A stretch of 63,397 nucleotides of DNA, filler included, from Lenisia limosa (lineage: Eukaryota; Protista; Breviatea), in NCBI GenBank assembly GCA_001655205.1. It is 11 parts of 11 records of this genome, joined end to end, with 100 filler letters (N's around TTAATTAATTAA, not from the genome) between each part and the next. Parts side by side here need not be neighbours in the genome. Positions count along the whole stretch, not along the records: positions 27,906 to 49,806 come from LPNZ01001596.1; 10 more parts are not named here. One strand, 5' to 3'. Positions 34,853 to 49,763 of this stretch are shown here, piece by piece. The translations under genes and the position numbers were made by a program. Numbering within the stretch: the stretch's first letter is position 1; every line of letters begins with the position of its first letter. The notes beneath the pieces were generated by a model. It made no database searches and had not been told where the DNA came from. It was given only the letters and a program-made list of their open reading frames with translations.

Positions 34853-37800
34853 ATGGCAATGGCAGCTCCTCTGCTCTTGAGGTTTGAATTGTAACTTCTT
34901 GGCTTAGGATTTGAAAAATTGTTCTTCTTTTCTTCCAAGAGAAAATAGCATTGTTACATGTTTGAAATTTCATGTGTTGTTTTGTAAATCAAGCCCCACA
35001 AATCAATTTTGTTGATATTTTATTTTACCAGGTGCCATTCGTCCGGCTTCCTGCTCCTGTTGCTTCTTGTTTTTGCGCTTGGCTCGAGTGAAGAATCACA
35101 TGCCGCATGGACTTTCACTGAAATTGGCCAAGCTGACAGAGTCCTCATCTCTGATTTGCCTTTTCCAGGTTTGAAGAGGTTATTAACAGGATATCACAAA
35201 ACATCTTCAAAACTTTTGTTTCAAAGATGATAGTCTTCAGTCTAATACTCCAAGCTTTTTAAGATTTTAATAAATGTGGTATATATGCAGAATTATGTAT
35301 ATATACAGTACATATTGGATATGAAAATACATACTGCACATTAGAGAAACAGAGAGGGTATTTACCTTCTCAGGCCCGAAATGGAATGAAATCAATCATC
35401 GCAGCGACTGCAATTACTATTATGATCCTGAGGTAAGCATTGTTCTGGCTTTCCAAATGGTTAATTGGTCAAATCACGATTTCAGATACAAGGAACAGTA
35501 TTTAACGACACATTTTGCCCAAGTCATAATGTCATGATATTCGAGACAGTTGTCACCCACAGTCCAGAAACTCATAAGTTACCAAGCTTACATTTGAAAT
35601 ATACATCTACGGACGCTCGTTTCAAGATAAAGGTTTGGAAGAATGATTTCATCGTTTTGGAACTTTTCTGGGGAGAAATATGCTTAAGCGGAAATTTGTT
35701 TTCTTGTACCAAAGTAAAGTCTACGGTTCAGTCACAATTTGACTGTTTTAGATGAGATGTAATGAAATTGATACAAACCTTTCGATTGACAGCACAATGT
35801 GGCGCTGTGACTATGCTGAAAAGGTGGGCACTGATAACCATTTTGACTCAATAAATAACGGAAACTTTAGATCATAATCCAGCTGTGGATTATCTTAGAT
35901 GACTACGTTGGAAGCCCTTCTTTCTATAACACCACATCAATCTTCTTAGAAGAGGCAATTCAAGTTTGTGAACTCTATTACTGCTCTAATCATTTACAAC
36001 TTTAGTATTCCGCAGTTGTTATTGCCCAGGTTCCGACCCCCATTGATTGTTTCTCAATGAAACAAGGCAGAACATACCGAAGTGGTTAGGATAATTTGTT
36101 TTTACTAACAATTCATCCAGATATTTGTCACTCAAAATGTTTCATCGGCGACCCTGACACAGCCTCCTGTGAAAGTTTGATTTTGTAACTTCAATAATTC
36201 TGTAGACTTCCAGATCAACACAATTGGAAGACTTCTAACAGTAGAGGTAGGTGATGAATAAGTCTTTTGTCCATCCGTTGTCATATTCAAAATGAGTATC
36301 GACAGTTTTTATTATAGCATAGACTCTTTTTGAAAACATATACATGTATAATATGATATAATAATTATTCTGTTTTGTTAATTTGTTTAGATGGAGCAGA
36401 TACTTATGTGTGAAGAACCCTTGTAGGCATTGTCACTTAATAACTAAATACACAAACTGCCAGTGCTTATTTAAAAAATACTACCTTTATATGTTGTTAA
36501 ATTTTGTAGAGCTTTAGAAGGAGAATCTGTAATTCTCACAAACCCCATTTGTGACGTATCTGGTGTCATTTTGAACATTGAAACGTCAAATACTAATTTC
36601 AGAGGTTGGTATTTTGAGTTGCGAACTTCTTTTTGACATATATATTTAGACAGATTTATCGTTTATGAGTTGCTTCTTACAGCGAACAAGTTTATTCCAA
36701 GCTCTAGTCGCCGAACTGTTATTAAAAGGGTTTGTTTAATCTAAGTTATACTTATTGTAAATTCTGTCTTTATAATTAAAATGAATCTCTATTCATAAAA
36801 TAGTTCTCTATGTAGAGTACATTGTAAATATAAGGGCTATTAAAAACTAATGATATTCTCATAAAGTCTTTTCCAGATCAAAACTAGATCTATATTGCTA
36901 AACATCCCACAATATTATTCATGTCATTTAGGAGTGTTACTCTTTCAGGCACCTGAAATGGAAGCCGAATTTGGATACTTTCATGGAATACATCAAGAGG
37001 ACAGGGTACGATATAGTCGAAGTGATTACGAGAACGTTTTCCAGCTGGTGCTTCGCGTTGCACAAGTTAGTTCCATTCACATATTTCAATTAACTTCTTT
37101 AGCAATCTTCCAACCCGTATGTCTTAGTTCGCAAGATAATGAATAAACTATTCTAGATTGCATAATTTGTTTACAATTCTAGGCTTAGCTACGCGTTTGT
37201 TTCAAATATTACTGCTACTGTGTTTGGTGAGTGGTCTATCAGAATGCTGAAGTACATAAAAATGTAAAATTGGAGGTATTCACCTAAAATCAGATGAGGC
37301 TTGTGTTCCTGCTGACATTGAGTATCCATTCATATGGGATGATTATTCGACATATTTCCAACCGTTTGTAACCGGAAACGTCTCATGTGCATCTACAGGC
37401 GAGAAATTTACTGTGACTTGTGTTTGTGGGGTTTGTTTAATACATACCATACGTTATCTCTATATGCCCATAATGAATTTGTGGATAGAAAAGATTAAAA
37501 AATACTTAAAAATAAATATTTTTAGATTTAATAACAGAAAATGATATCCAATTAATACAGTAATAATAATGAAATTCTTGTGAGAAAGAAAAGATATGAT
37601 GAAGTATGGTGTACTTACTCATTTTATATCTCTTATTATATGATCACACCTGAAAACCGAGTCCTATTTTACATTTTCGTAACGATACTAATTCATTAGA
37701 TTAACGGGGTGGCATTTAATCCCAACATTTGTGATGGATGTATTGATGATTGTCAATCAATTGGAAGGTTTGGCCTAGTATAATATATTGATTAGAGATT

Positions 37801-40800
37801 CAGCTTTGATTATAATATAATCTTGAGAATCGAATGAATAGTGCTATACAGTATAAACACTACAAATTGTACTATTGCACCAAATGAAAAAGACAAATAA
37901 TCAGTAATTACTCGTTTGACTCTAAGTTTTGTCAATGTTGTTTAATTTTGAACCTGCTTAGGTACAGTTGTGCAGAAGAAGGAATGCCATGTGGTGACTG
38001 TATTATGGACTCAATAGAATTCGACGGTGATTGTTTTGGTAGGTTTTGTCAAGCAAAATGAAACTTGTTGGGAAGGTTTTTTGGTGACAATTCATGAACT
38101 CCAATAAATTAATATTTCAGCAAAGTGCCCAGATCTTGAATCATTTCTACCAATTGAAATGATCCCTCCGCCACTTCACAATGTGACATTTTACGACAAA
38201 ATGCGAGCATATGTTGTATGTAGCTTGCATATGTATCCCACTCACACTGGGTATCTCTGTGAGAACGGACACTGGAAGGGACCGTCGATATCGCAAGCGT
38301 GTTCGCCTTGTATGTGGGAATGAATTTTGATATTTTGAATGAAAAAGTCCATAACTGTCTGTCTGGAACATTTACTGTTCTTGCAAATCAAAATTGACAG
38401 ATTTTTAGATTTTAATTTCAATTCTACCAAAGTTGAGCTAAAGGAATTTATCCAAACTTCCGGAAATTACACAGTTGTATCTGTTGGTTTTGGGATGGTT
38501 AAATATATTGTTCACATAATTATACAATACTACTACTATTGTTCCAGTGATACTATAAGAGTTATTAGAAATATTCTCATAATTTTTATTACAGTCAAAC
38601 TTGACGACGTTTGAAGGGTTCGAGCATCATGGACCAAATACTTTGAAGGTAGTGGAATTGATTAAGATTATTTAGTTTGAAAAATTATATTCCTGAATCA
38701 TTGCAAAGATATATATAACTTTGTCTTAGATGACTATCACTGAGAGTTCACGAGAGCATCCCGTCAATATTACTGGAACTTGGGAATATGAAGGAAATGA
38801 AACACTGTCACTTGTGACGTTTTATGCTGAGGTAAATTATATTGTGATTTCAATTTTGAGGGTATCTTCTGTGTAAATGACACATGTCTTTAAAATCCAC
38901 AAAGAATTTCTTTTTTCTAATTACCTTGTATGTTTTAAAATTCTAAAATTCAAGATCAATAATGGCAAACAACACACATGCTCATGATTGAGGATTTTTT
39001 TGATATTACATATAGTATATAGCTATAATATTGTCATATCGTCGTATAATATCTACATTTCTCATGAAGTTTAACCACGTCTAGGTTATCAGTAGCTTAG
39101 ATGCTGTTATAGAAGTAATACCTGTTTGTGAGCCTGAAGAAGAATTCGCTTTCCAACTTGACAAATTTACATTCTCTCTGAGGCACAAATACTCCTTTTA
39201 CTCGTTCCAAGTACCAACATCTTCTTGCAGCCATAGAGAAGGAGCTTCAAATATGTCAGCAAGATTTATCCAACATGATATTTTACATTGTACATATTAT
39301 ACTATCTTTGGTGATAATTTAGGTTCTTTGATGTTGCCTTGCGTGTTACGAATTGCACTACTGCAGAAATTTACATCAGCCAAACAATGCTGTCAGACAC
39401 ATGTATGGCTTTTTGTTGGTTAATAATATTATGTCTTTAGTTTTTGGGTTCGCGATTTATTCCTCCAATACAGTTAGTAAAAATATTTGGATGAAAACAT
39501 TTCCTTCTCGTAATATCCGTTGCTGCTATACACATTTATCTGCATCATATTTGAATAATCCATTTCTCATGGTATTTACTCATCTCATTCTGTAGCTCCG
39601 GACTGTTATGGCCCACCTCCATTGGTAGAAAATTCTGTTTTTAGCTCAATTGCCGAGGGTGTTGTTTATCATTGTGATGAAGGTAGGTGGCAAATATGAT
39701 GATGTGTTATTTCTCATTTAAAAAGTTTGGCTGCGTGAATTCATATTCTATAATGCATTTTAACGATAAGAAGCAGATGTATTATTAAAATGAATGAATG
39801 ATGTGAAGCCATATCTTCCACAGTGATATGACTATTCGACACTTTCGAGTCGAAATGAATATAATCTTGTAAATATCTGAAAATTTCATGTTCCATTTCA
39901 AATTGAGCCGTATTGACAGCAAATCCATTTTAGAGTCGTGAATTTAAATTATTTTTCTTTTCAATTTAATTTGCTTTTTATTGTTTTCCTCTTCTGTTCA
40001 CACCAAAGGATATACAGCGATATATCCAGCAAATGACACCATGCTGTATAGCCACTGCAAATCACTAGTATTCTCTCTACCAAATGGTGGGTGTTATCAA
40101 GTCTGCAATGGGACTTTCCCCACTCGATTCAATTATACCGGAGTTGTTGCAGAGTACACTGAGCTCATCCTAAACAACACCTTGTATGACTTCGACTGTG
40201 AAACTGGAAAAAAGATACGTGTTGAAATAATATGTGATCATTATGGCGATTTATTCGAGACATTAGTCCTTCTTGAAGAACACTCCTGCATGTTCCCATG
40301 CTATGAGAGTCAAAATGAGACAATTCTGACATCCTGCAGTAACATAACATCGCAGTGTACCATACAGCCTGCTATCGGTCATATAATACAAGATTTACAG
40401 CCAATTTACAACTGCCCCGTCCTTTATGATGGCCTTATTGTGAGTCGAATCAACTGCGCTTACCCATTATCAATTCCACACATGCAGTTTGACTGCCCTT
40501 CAACAATCAAATTTATGGACATTTGTCATTTGAATTGCTCTAAAGGCTTCTTTCTCCAAGGTCCAAGTGTTGCACAATGTAATTCTTTGGGAACCGTTGA
40601 TGTATGGTCATCATGCCCCGTTTATCGCTGTGCACAATATCCCGAGCCTCTAACCGTTTATGAAACATTCCAAGTTAATAACATGTGTGTGTCTGCATCG
40701 AATGATGATGAATGCTTCAAAATATGCGATGATGATAAGGGGGGCGTTCCTAATCCGTTTTTAGAATCAATTCCGATGAGCTGGATTTGTTTTGACACAG

Positions 40801-43800
40801 AGTGGATAGAAACGGGTTATGGACCCCCCTGTACAGAGCCCTATTGTGAAATCCAACAGCCGCTCACTGTTTTCGAACCGCTTTTGTCATGTCCAAGCTA
40901 TTTGAGTGATGGTGTTGTAAGTAACGCTGTAGTATGTGAGCAAAGCTGTGGTGAGGGATTCTATGGTACTGGACTGGGCATGTCAGAGTGTTTTGAAGGG
41001 TCTATGACTCCTAATCCAGGAGCATTATGTCTGCCAACGTCTTGCTCAACGTCATTAGAATGCAACGGTTTGCCCTGTAAAGGCGGGTATTGCTGCAATG
41101 AAGAATGCGGNNNNNNNNNNNNNNNNNNNNNNNNNNNNNNNNNNNNNNNNNNNNNNNNNNNNNNNNNAAGGAACCGGCTACAGCGTTTCATCTTGTCTTA
41201 CTAAAGACTGTAATTCTCTTCCCCTCGGCTGGGTGGATAACAATGGACAACCTGTGGTGGACTTCAACAAAACTGACGCTGCGACCTGTCTGCTGTTTTA
41301 CGGGTGTGTTCTTTTGGGTATTTAACAGATAAAGTGTACCATTATAATGAAACTGTTAATGTGTAAACAATATAATTTATTGGTTGATGCTGCTGTCACT
41401 TTTCGGATTGTGGTTTTGGCTAAAAGCAATTCATATAATTCAGGATCCAAGATGGATTTTGCAACGAAGGGGTGTGCTCTTCAGCTGATGAGATTGACTG
41501 CGATGTTGGTTGGGATTACGGTCACGTTTGTGTTTCTTTATTTTGCAAAGTTTTATTGACCCAATCTTCCCTATAAGTGATCCATTAAGGTATCTAAACA
41601 CTACCCCATTGCAACCTGTCAATCAACCGCCTGCATCAAACCAGATGCCTGCAACGCAAATAATACAAAAATTGAAGACTTCTGCTTTGTTGATGGTCAA
41701 CGTAACTGTCCTGAAGTAGGGGTGACGAATAGGAACGTGTAAATCAAAGAGTGGAGTTGTTTTTTATTTTGTATTCTTTATATTTACAGAATATTGTTTA
41801 AGTTTGAAAGTATTTTCATTATTTGTCAGCGTATAAATAGGGGGCGAAAAGGTTGACAGGTTGAGTATTCCGAATGAATGTATTGTATTGTTATTTCCTT
41901 ACATATAACACCATACAGGGACTAATTTGCAACGCTAATGGAGGATGCGACTGTTTTATAGGCTCCAACAACACGCTTTGCACTGCTGAAATGTGCCCCG
42001 AAGGATGTGTGTAAGTGGGATTATTGCGAGCTATTTAGAAGTTATTTCCGAAACAAAGTGAAGTTCAACTCATATTATTTACCTAAACCTAGTAACGGAC
42101 ACTGTGTCGCACCTTATACTTGTGAATGCCAGGATGCCTGGATTGGACAACTTTGTGATATGGTATGCTGTAATTTATTTATGTATTTACATATAGTACA
42201 CTCATGTTTTGCAATTTTAGGTCATTTATTTTCTAATCAATATTCCAAGAGTGTTTAATATTTGAGTAATATGATACACTTCATGTTTATCATATTCACA
42301 GGATCAATTAAAAAAGAAAAATAGAAATTCAATGGTTCGCACTAATCTCAAACGTTTAGTGCGGACAAGTTGTCACCCTAAGTGGAAACAATGTTACGAT
42401 TTCATTCAACGCTTCATTGGTACAACAATCGCAATTCTGCCTCATAAAGGTTGGATCAATTATTGAAGGAATAGTAACCATTTAGATTATTTCCCCTTAT
42501 TCTTCATCGAAAGAAAGGGATTATTCAATTTCTCTCGAAAACGAGAGTCTATTTGTTTCCGTTATCTCCGAATCAACTCTCACTCGGTTCAACGGAGAGG
42601 TGATCAGCAATACTGTATTAAGGGAAGAGACGCTTTATCTCTCAAACAATCAAGAAAACATCATTCGAATGCTGGATACAAGAGAGGCTGGGGTGGAAGT
42701 AGAATATGCCATCATTTCACTTCACATTCATCCTATGAAATGTACAAGTCAAACTGCCATTGGTGACCTCACACCTAGTTTAATTCCTCATTCGTCAAGC
42801 AGCACAATAACTTTTCACGGCGGCACATCACCATCATGTTCTCCTTCAAGGCAAAAGCTCAACATAAACACAGTTGAATTTGAAATTATTACAATATCAC
42901 CATTTGGGTTCAGTTCAGTTGTCAGCATGCTTCCACCAGGAAATCATCTTATTAAACTGAGTGATATTGTTTATTCTTTTTCTAACTTAGGATCTCAATG
43001 TCACACTGTCAGTCTATCAAAATCCTTCCCTTTTAAAATGTGAACATAATGGGCTTTATTCTGATATGCAAGCATTTCAGTTGAACTGTGAATTTGAACA
43101 AGAGTTTACAATGTATAACAGCACTGTTATAAGGTTTGCAAAACAGGAATTAGTGACATCCTAGGGTTTTAGAAAGTCTTGGTGAACGTGTCAATATTCA
43201 TCAAGCAACGGTCAGAGGGATATAGTATAATATCAGATAATTTATAAAGCTATTGTGCGAATATGTGATCCAGTAATATACACAATTGCTACATCTATCA
43301 GTGATGCCCTTAATCCCATTTGTCACTTTTAGATAATCTGTTTCCAAGGAACACCATTGTGTAACATTACCGTTGAAAGTGATGGTAAGCTCCAAATATA
43401 ATGAAAGTCATTTTGTAGCATGGATTCCAGGCTTCATTTTACATCCGCAAGTACTTATCGATGGAAAAACCGCTTCATTGATGTCTTTGTACTATCCCAA
43501 TAATCTTATAATTCAATCAAGTCCAGCATTAACCCTTGTAATACCGGATACTTTGCAGCCAAATGGTAAATTGTCCTTGTTTTTGACATTTTCTAGGCTT
43601 AGTAGAACTCTCAGATATATCTGTATCTGAAAATAAGGTGTTTATCGTAGGGAAATTACTGTGGTTCCTATCATCATTTAGATTGGTCAATTCTTTTCAG
43701 TTCCCTTAATTGAATGTCATTGGAGTAATATTGATGGTTTGGGGACACAAATTAAGGTTGCAATTCTCATACCTCTGTATTTACAATCTTGTTATATTGT

Positions 43801-46800
43801 TCAATTTTTAACACTCAGGTGAAATTGTAACAACTTATGCCGAGATTACCAGTACCTATTCATTGTTTTGTCTTTTGCCAGAAGCTTCCATTTGCATCAG
43901 TTGGAATATCCTTGTCTTGAATTGTTGGTGATGTGAAGTAAATAGTTGTTGGAGAGCAATATATATCATAAATGTACATAATATCAAATGAAATTTGATA
44001 ATATTTTTGTTCCGTAATGGCTGTTCGCTAATAACCAATGGGATATGATATGATATGTCAAACTCATATTAGTTTACCATTCACTATTGTCTTCATGCGT
44101 ATAGTGTCACTTTGGTCACGGGTGCTGACCAAAAACAGTTTAACTGTATCACTTAAGAACGTAAGGGGTTTTGAGTGCTAATTAAATGCTCGTTTTGTTT
44201 CTGATAATATACTGTAGGTTGGTGGTTAAAACCACGAACAAGCCAAAAATCGACATAAATCGCTTCAATAACACCCTATTTGGTGTGAAATTCGGCAGTT
44301 TTGAGTATCAGACTATCAATAACATTAAAACAAAAAAATTATGAGCAAAAAGAAAAAAAAGAGGAGATAAAAATTTTTTTAAAAAAAGATCTTTTGATCA
44401 GAATCGAACCCGGACGGGGTCACCCAGTTTCCTTTACGAGAAAATATTTTTTGAAACCGCCCTCTTTCAGAATAATAGCATTTTGAGCCTATTAAAGTGC
44501 CCCACTATAGAAACGCAGATTTTTAAGGATTGAAGTACCATGAAGGTGGTATTTTGCATGTATGTTGATACCCCTGCCTATTCTTATGAATAAAATATAG
44601 TTAAAACCGCGAACATGATTAAAACCGCGAACAAAAATGAGGCTTTTTTTTCCAACATACATGCAAAATACCACCTTCATGATACTTCAATTTTTCATGC
44701 AAAATTACATTAAAAACACTGATTATGGGCCTAGAATATTCCTGCTATAAAGTGAAGACGTTCTTGCACCATCAGATTTGATTTTTCCATTGGCTCCATT
44801 ATAGAGACGGAACAAGAGAAATTCTTGAAAAAACCGTAACAAAAGTTGACTTAAATACCTCAAAATCACTATATTTTTTCCAAAAATGGACTTCAGATTC
44901 GAATTCTCCTTAACAATCTGCGTTTCTATAGTGGGTCACTTTAATAGGCTCAAAATGCTATTATTCTGAAAGAGGGGGGGTTTTCAAAAAATATTTTCGC
45001 GTAAAGGAAACTGGGTGACCCCGGCCGGGTTCGATTCTGATNNNNNNNNNNGTTTATCTCCTCATTTTTTTCTTCTTTTTGCTCAAAATTTCTTTGTTTT
45101 GATGTTATTGATAGTACTCAAAAACTGCCGAATTTCACACTAAAAAGGGTGCTATTGAAGCGATTTATGTCGATTTTTGGCTTGTTCGCGGTTTTAATTA
45201 TGTTCGCGGTTATAAACACCAACCTGTATACATCTTCACATCATAAAATTATCGTGTAGCAATATGGAAAATATGCTGTAATTAAAGAAAGCAAGCAACA
45301 TCGGTGAACGTTCTAGATCCCTACAAATGTTGAGATGACCGGAATGCCGCAGTATTACCCCTCAATACATTGGGCTGGAATCACTGTTTTCGGTGATAAA
45401 CGGCGAGAAGAAGGATCTTTGATCACAGTCAAAGGGCAAATGGTTGATGACAACAATCGTCCAATGGGTCTCTCATCAACTGGGAGGATGTACCTTGAGT
45501 AAGTCTTGTTGATAAAGATAATTGTTAATTAATTGTTTAGAGCTGTATTGACTATCGATCCACAACCAACTGAAGTAACAGGTACACTTGGGATTAATAG
45601 TGCTGATTGAACCCTCCTCTATCTAAAATATATTTAGGAGACCACGAATATATTGATGCCTCTGGTGAAGTAACATTTAATGGTCTGAATTTGGTTTTGT
45701 TAGAAGGAGTGGCGTATGAGGTACAAATGACAATACCAAGCCTCGAGATTTGGTTGGTTTGGGTTAACCAAAATACTAACATATGATAGGGGTGATAAGG
45801 GTGATTAGAGTGATAGGAGTGATAGAAGTGATGAGAGTGAAAAGAGTGATATGATTGATATGAGTGATTTCAGATAAGCTTGTGTTTCTAGACCTCAATG
45901 ACACAAAAATTTTGATTATTTTACCTAACTTGAATCTAAACAGGTCCAATACAACCCTGGTATACGCCCAGCCTTGCGGGGAGGCTCTTCCGAATAGTGA
46001 AGCTCTTGACTCTGGATTCTGCGTTTGTAAACCAGGATATTACCAAACTAGTGGGGAAAATAACAGATATTTTGTTCTCTTTGGAATCTTATTATCCTAT
46101 TATTTCATTTTGATTTCGGCGCTTTCCTGACAGCTACAGAAGCGAAAGAATGCAAACCGTGCCCAAAAGGGGAGTACCGTCCAGGATATTCACCTAGCTT
46201 TGAAGGCCGTCCAACAATGGGAAAGTGTCAGAAGTGTCCAGCTTATTCCGAAACGGAATATGAAGCTAGTACATCGCTAACACAATGCACGTGCTCTGAA
46301 GGTAAAGCCGAGAATCAAATAAATACGGCATAAGATTAGAGAAATCCGTAATTTAGACATGATATTGATAATATACATACAAGCCATATTTATTCGTGGA
46401 AACAATTTTTCTCTATTAATACTCTCGGATTTTTTTGATATTTGATATTGTAATCCTTTTAGGATTCATTATCTACAAAGATAAATGTGTGTGTGAACCT
46501 GGTTTTCATTTGATTGGGAGCACCTGCTCGCCTTGCTATGAAGGAATGTATAGGTAATTAGGTTTTCACAAAGTGTCAAATGAATGATTTATATTCTAAT
46601 ACGGGAAACAGTAAATCATCTGACATTCTATCGAAAACATTCACTTTGTATTTCCACAAAATACTATTACGTTTAAACCTCAGTGATTGTTTAATAAAAT
46701 TCGTCTTTTTGTTCAAGAGACGTCTAATCATTTATTATTTTTGAGGATCAAATTACTTTATTCAGCTCAGAGCCGTCATATTCATGCCAAAACTGCCCAT

Positions 46801-49763
46801 TTGGATCAATATCTCATGGAAACCCTCCGTACGTGGATAATGAGGCTAATAATCTGTGATACAAAAGAATGTCTCCAATTCAAACAATATATTTGGAAGA
46901 ATAATGCTAAAATAATATACTATAAGCTTGAAAGCAACACTATTTGAATACATATTTAAATTCCATCAGGACATCTTGTCAATGCAATTCCGGACTCACA
47001 CCGATTTATTCCCCAAATCTGCTATGCACTTGTCCAAAAGGCTCGGAAATGAGTATATCGGGAGACCACTGTTCTCCATGTGCACCAGGCTTCTATAAAG
47101 TAGGTACTGTGATGAACAACACAATTATTCTGCACCATAACATTTCTCCTATAGTTTATAACTCAATGCAAACAAATTTATGTACCTTTTGGAGTCTAAA
47201 TATTGTAATGATATACAGACTGCTTCTGGCTCATTCCATTCGAAAAAATAATAAGAAAATGGGAATAGGATAGCTCTCAATAGATATTTGTCACCCAAGT
47301 GTTTTGATGAGAAATATAAAAGTAAACCATTCTGTATTTCATATCGATTACCTTAATCAGATTATGATGATATAGGACGCAATAAATGATCAACCCTGTT
47401 CACCTTGTCCTCTCAACGAGCATTCCAAACACTTCGGTGCATATAACTGCACTTGTCTCGGGACGCTCTATCGGAATAATCAGGGGGACTGTGTCAGCTG
47501 TCCTCATGGTTTGAAGGATTACAGAAGTTGATAACTGATGATTACTTTTGATTGTGGTATAGACGAATAAAGCTGGTTTCTCATTTCTAGCGATTTTAAA
47601 AGAAAGAACTTCTCAATATAAATATTTGCTTATAAGAAAATACATCTATACATATGATATGTTTTGAAGTTTAAAAATGATAAAACCTTGTGAAAAATGA
47701 TCATTATAGGAATTGAATGCGACGGTTCAAAATATCCCCCTATCTCTCCCGGTCATTGGCCAGTTGAGGATAGTGGAGGCAACATACACACCAAACCATG
47801 TCTGGTACCTTCATCTTGCAATGGAGGAGCGATGGACAATGTTGGCTAAATATTTCCATAAACATGCGTTATGTGTACACTGAAACGATAATTGTATTAT
47901 TTCTTATATATATTCAAAAAAAGAATATTAACGAAACAGTATGTAATATATAGTGGTGTTAACTCTTTGGCTAATAATACATTCATTATTCATATTATAT
48001 ATACATATTGGCAGTTTAACATTTTGCATCATGCTAATATATTCAGTTTTGCACAATTTATCTTATATTAATCATGTTTAGATATACTCCATCATATCAA
48101 TATCCACCATATGATATCACGATTTAGATATGTTCCAATGGTTTTGAAGGTTTGCTCTGCTCAAAATGTCGCTCGGATTTCTTTGAACAAGGCTCCTATT
48201 GCCTTTCATGCTCAAATTCATGGTCGCTGACTGTAGCATCTTTGATTACTTGTGTGACCCTTGTCTACTTGGCAATTCGGTTTTCAAAGGCGCAACCAAA
48301 CAAAAACCTACTTCTTCAGGGGTGCAGAATCGGAGTTTTAGGGATTATTGTTACTGGTCTGCAAATCATGGCGGAATTAGGTTCAGTTCACGTACGGTGG
48401 CCTCTTGGAGTTGAATTGTTCCTCTTAATCATTGCACCATTGACAATGGAACTGAAACGGGTTCCCATTTTGACTTGCAGTGGTGTTCAAATAGACATCT
48501 TGATTGAAATGATTTTCAAAGTAGGTAATTTCCATTTATCACGTTGATAATGTTTTTAAGACTTTTTGATTTGTACATAATATATTATATTATATATACT
48601 ATTAGTATATCATATAATATTATATTATTATATTCTTTGGGTTTATGTATGCTAAGAAGTATATAATTGCACTTACCATCAAGGGATTTCTGTTTCTTTT
48701 GTCCTGTGTGTATGCCATCAGAACAATGCCAATAAGAGAAACTGCTGAGCGTAAATACATCTCCACAGATTTTAGTAAGTGATTTTAATACTCCATACTT
48801 GTCACAAATACTTAAATCATAATACTTATTTAAAATATCAATTGATTCTATATGAAGCTGTCGCGTTTAGCCTTTCATAAATCGACTAATCATTTACAGC
48901 AACTGTTTCAAAGAGCAGTGAAAACCAATGTGAATCAGTTTTAACGGTAAGAATTCAATAAAATGTTATCAGTGGGTTTCAAGCAACATACTCTTGGAAT
49001 CGGTGATATAATTAATGTGTTTATCTTAATAAAAGGCAATTTTCCTGTTTTGCTCCCGTGTTTATTTAACCTTTTAGCCTGTTGACAGCAGTCCAGGGCA
49101 TATGTATGACAGAAGTCCGTATTTAATGGTAATGGCAGGTTAAAACTTAACCCTTTTGCTTTTGCACTGATTGGCATGATGTTGTTGGATGGATTTGGCC
49201 AGAAACTTTATTAAAAAACAGTACAAATATCCTATGTAGCAATCGTAAAAATAAAATTTCTTGATTAATCACAAAATATTTCCTTGCCTTTCTTTTGAAA
49301 CAACCTCGACTCCCTTTTGATAGGATAAAATCATTACTTAGGTGTCACAGCCCCCTTATATTGCCCTTCTGACATTTCGACTTTGGCTCGTTTGTTCATT
49401 CTTTGCTCTCCCCGTAACTAGGATCGGCACTGGCTTATTTGTTTGTATTAATGTTGGCGCTGACCGAGTCATGCGTGATTCTACTGATGTGGGCTGGGTC
49501 TGACTTGTAAAGAGTTTTGAATTGCTTTATGAATATTGGTGGTAAAATTAGATAATCCCAAATTGTAAATTTATTAAGTTTTCATTTTTGTTCAAATAAT
49601 TCTGTATTCAATTCTCATAAATTCGTCAAAGTAATATGTAATCACCCAGATTGTGTGTGGAAGCCAGCGATGGGCGATTGTACTTTGCTTTTATGTCGCT
49701 TTGAGTTTAGCAATCATTGCAGTTCCTTTTGCCCTATTCTTGATACTATACCCTAATTCAAGG
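34853..49763 (+). CDS. Large secreted-type Cys-rich receptor: signal peptide, sushi/EGF-like repeats, IPT/TIG-like region, GCC2/GCC3 (ephrin-receptor-like) CxxC repeats, multi-pass TM C-terminus; 3' end cut
   Basis: MAMAAPLLLR-CHSSGFLLLLLLVFALG signal; Cys-rich ORF 39981-41204; EGF-like CVAPYTCECQDAWIGQLC; ECKPCPKGEY..CQKCP, CSPCAPGFYK, CSPCPLNEHS; hydrophobic TVASLITCVTLVYLAIRF, IGVLGIIVTGLQIM, WAIVLCFYVALSLAIIAVPFALFLIL. Confidence 0.8.
44215..45226. mobile_element. Family H foldback element with ~310-bp TIRs, in a receptor intron
   Basis: 44215-44521 is the reverse complement of 44915-45226; right terminus CAACCTG-TA. Confidence 0.9.
44530..44690. mobile_element. Nested hairpin element J inside H
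   Basis: TTGAAGTACCATGAAGGTGGTATTTTGCATGTATGTTG / CAACATACATGCAAAATACCACCTTCATGATACTTCAA. Confidence 0.85.
45790..45868 (+). repeat. 9-bp degenerate minisatellite
   Basis: (GAGTGATAR)n. Confidence 0.7.

Noticed and set aside
41111-41167. Frameshift in the long receptor exon
   Set aside because: The frame change coincides with an N gap of estimated length.
44400-44432. tRNA B-box-like GGTTCGATTC in family H and GGTTCGAA in family A
   Set aside because: No cloverleaf or A-box; both lie within TIRs.
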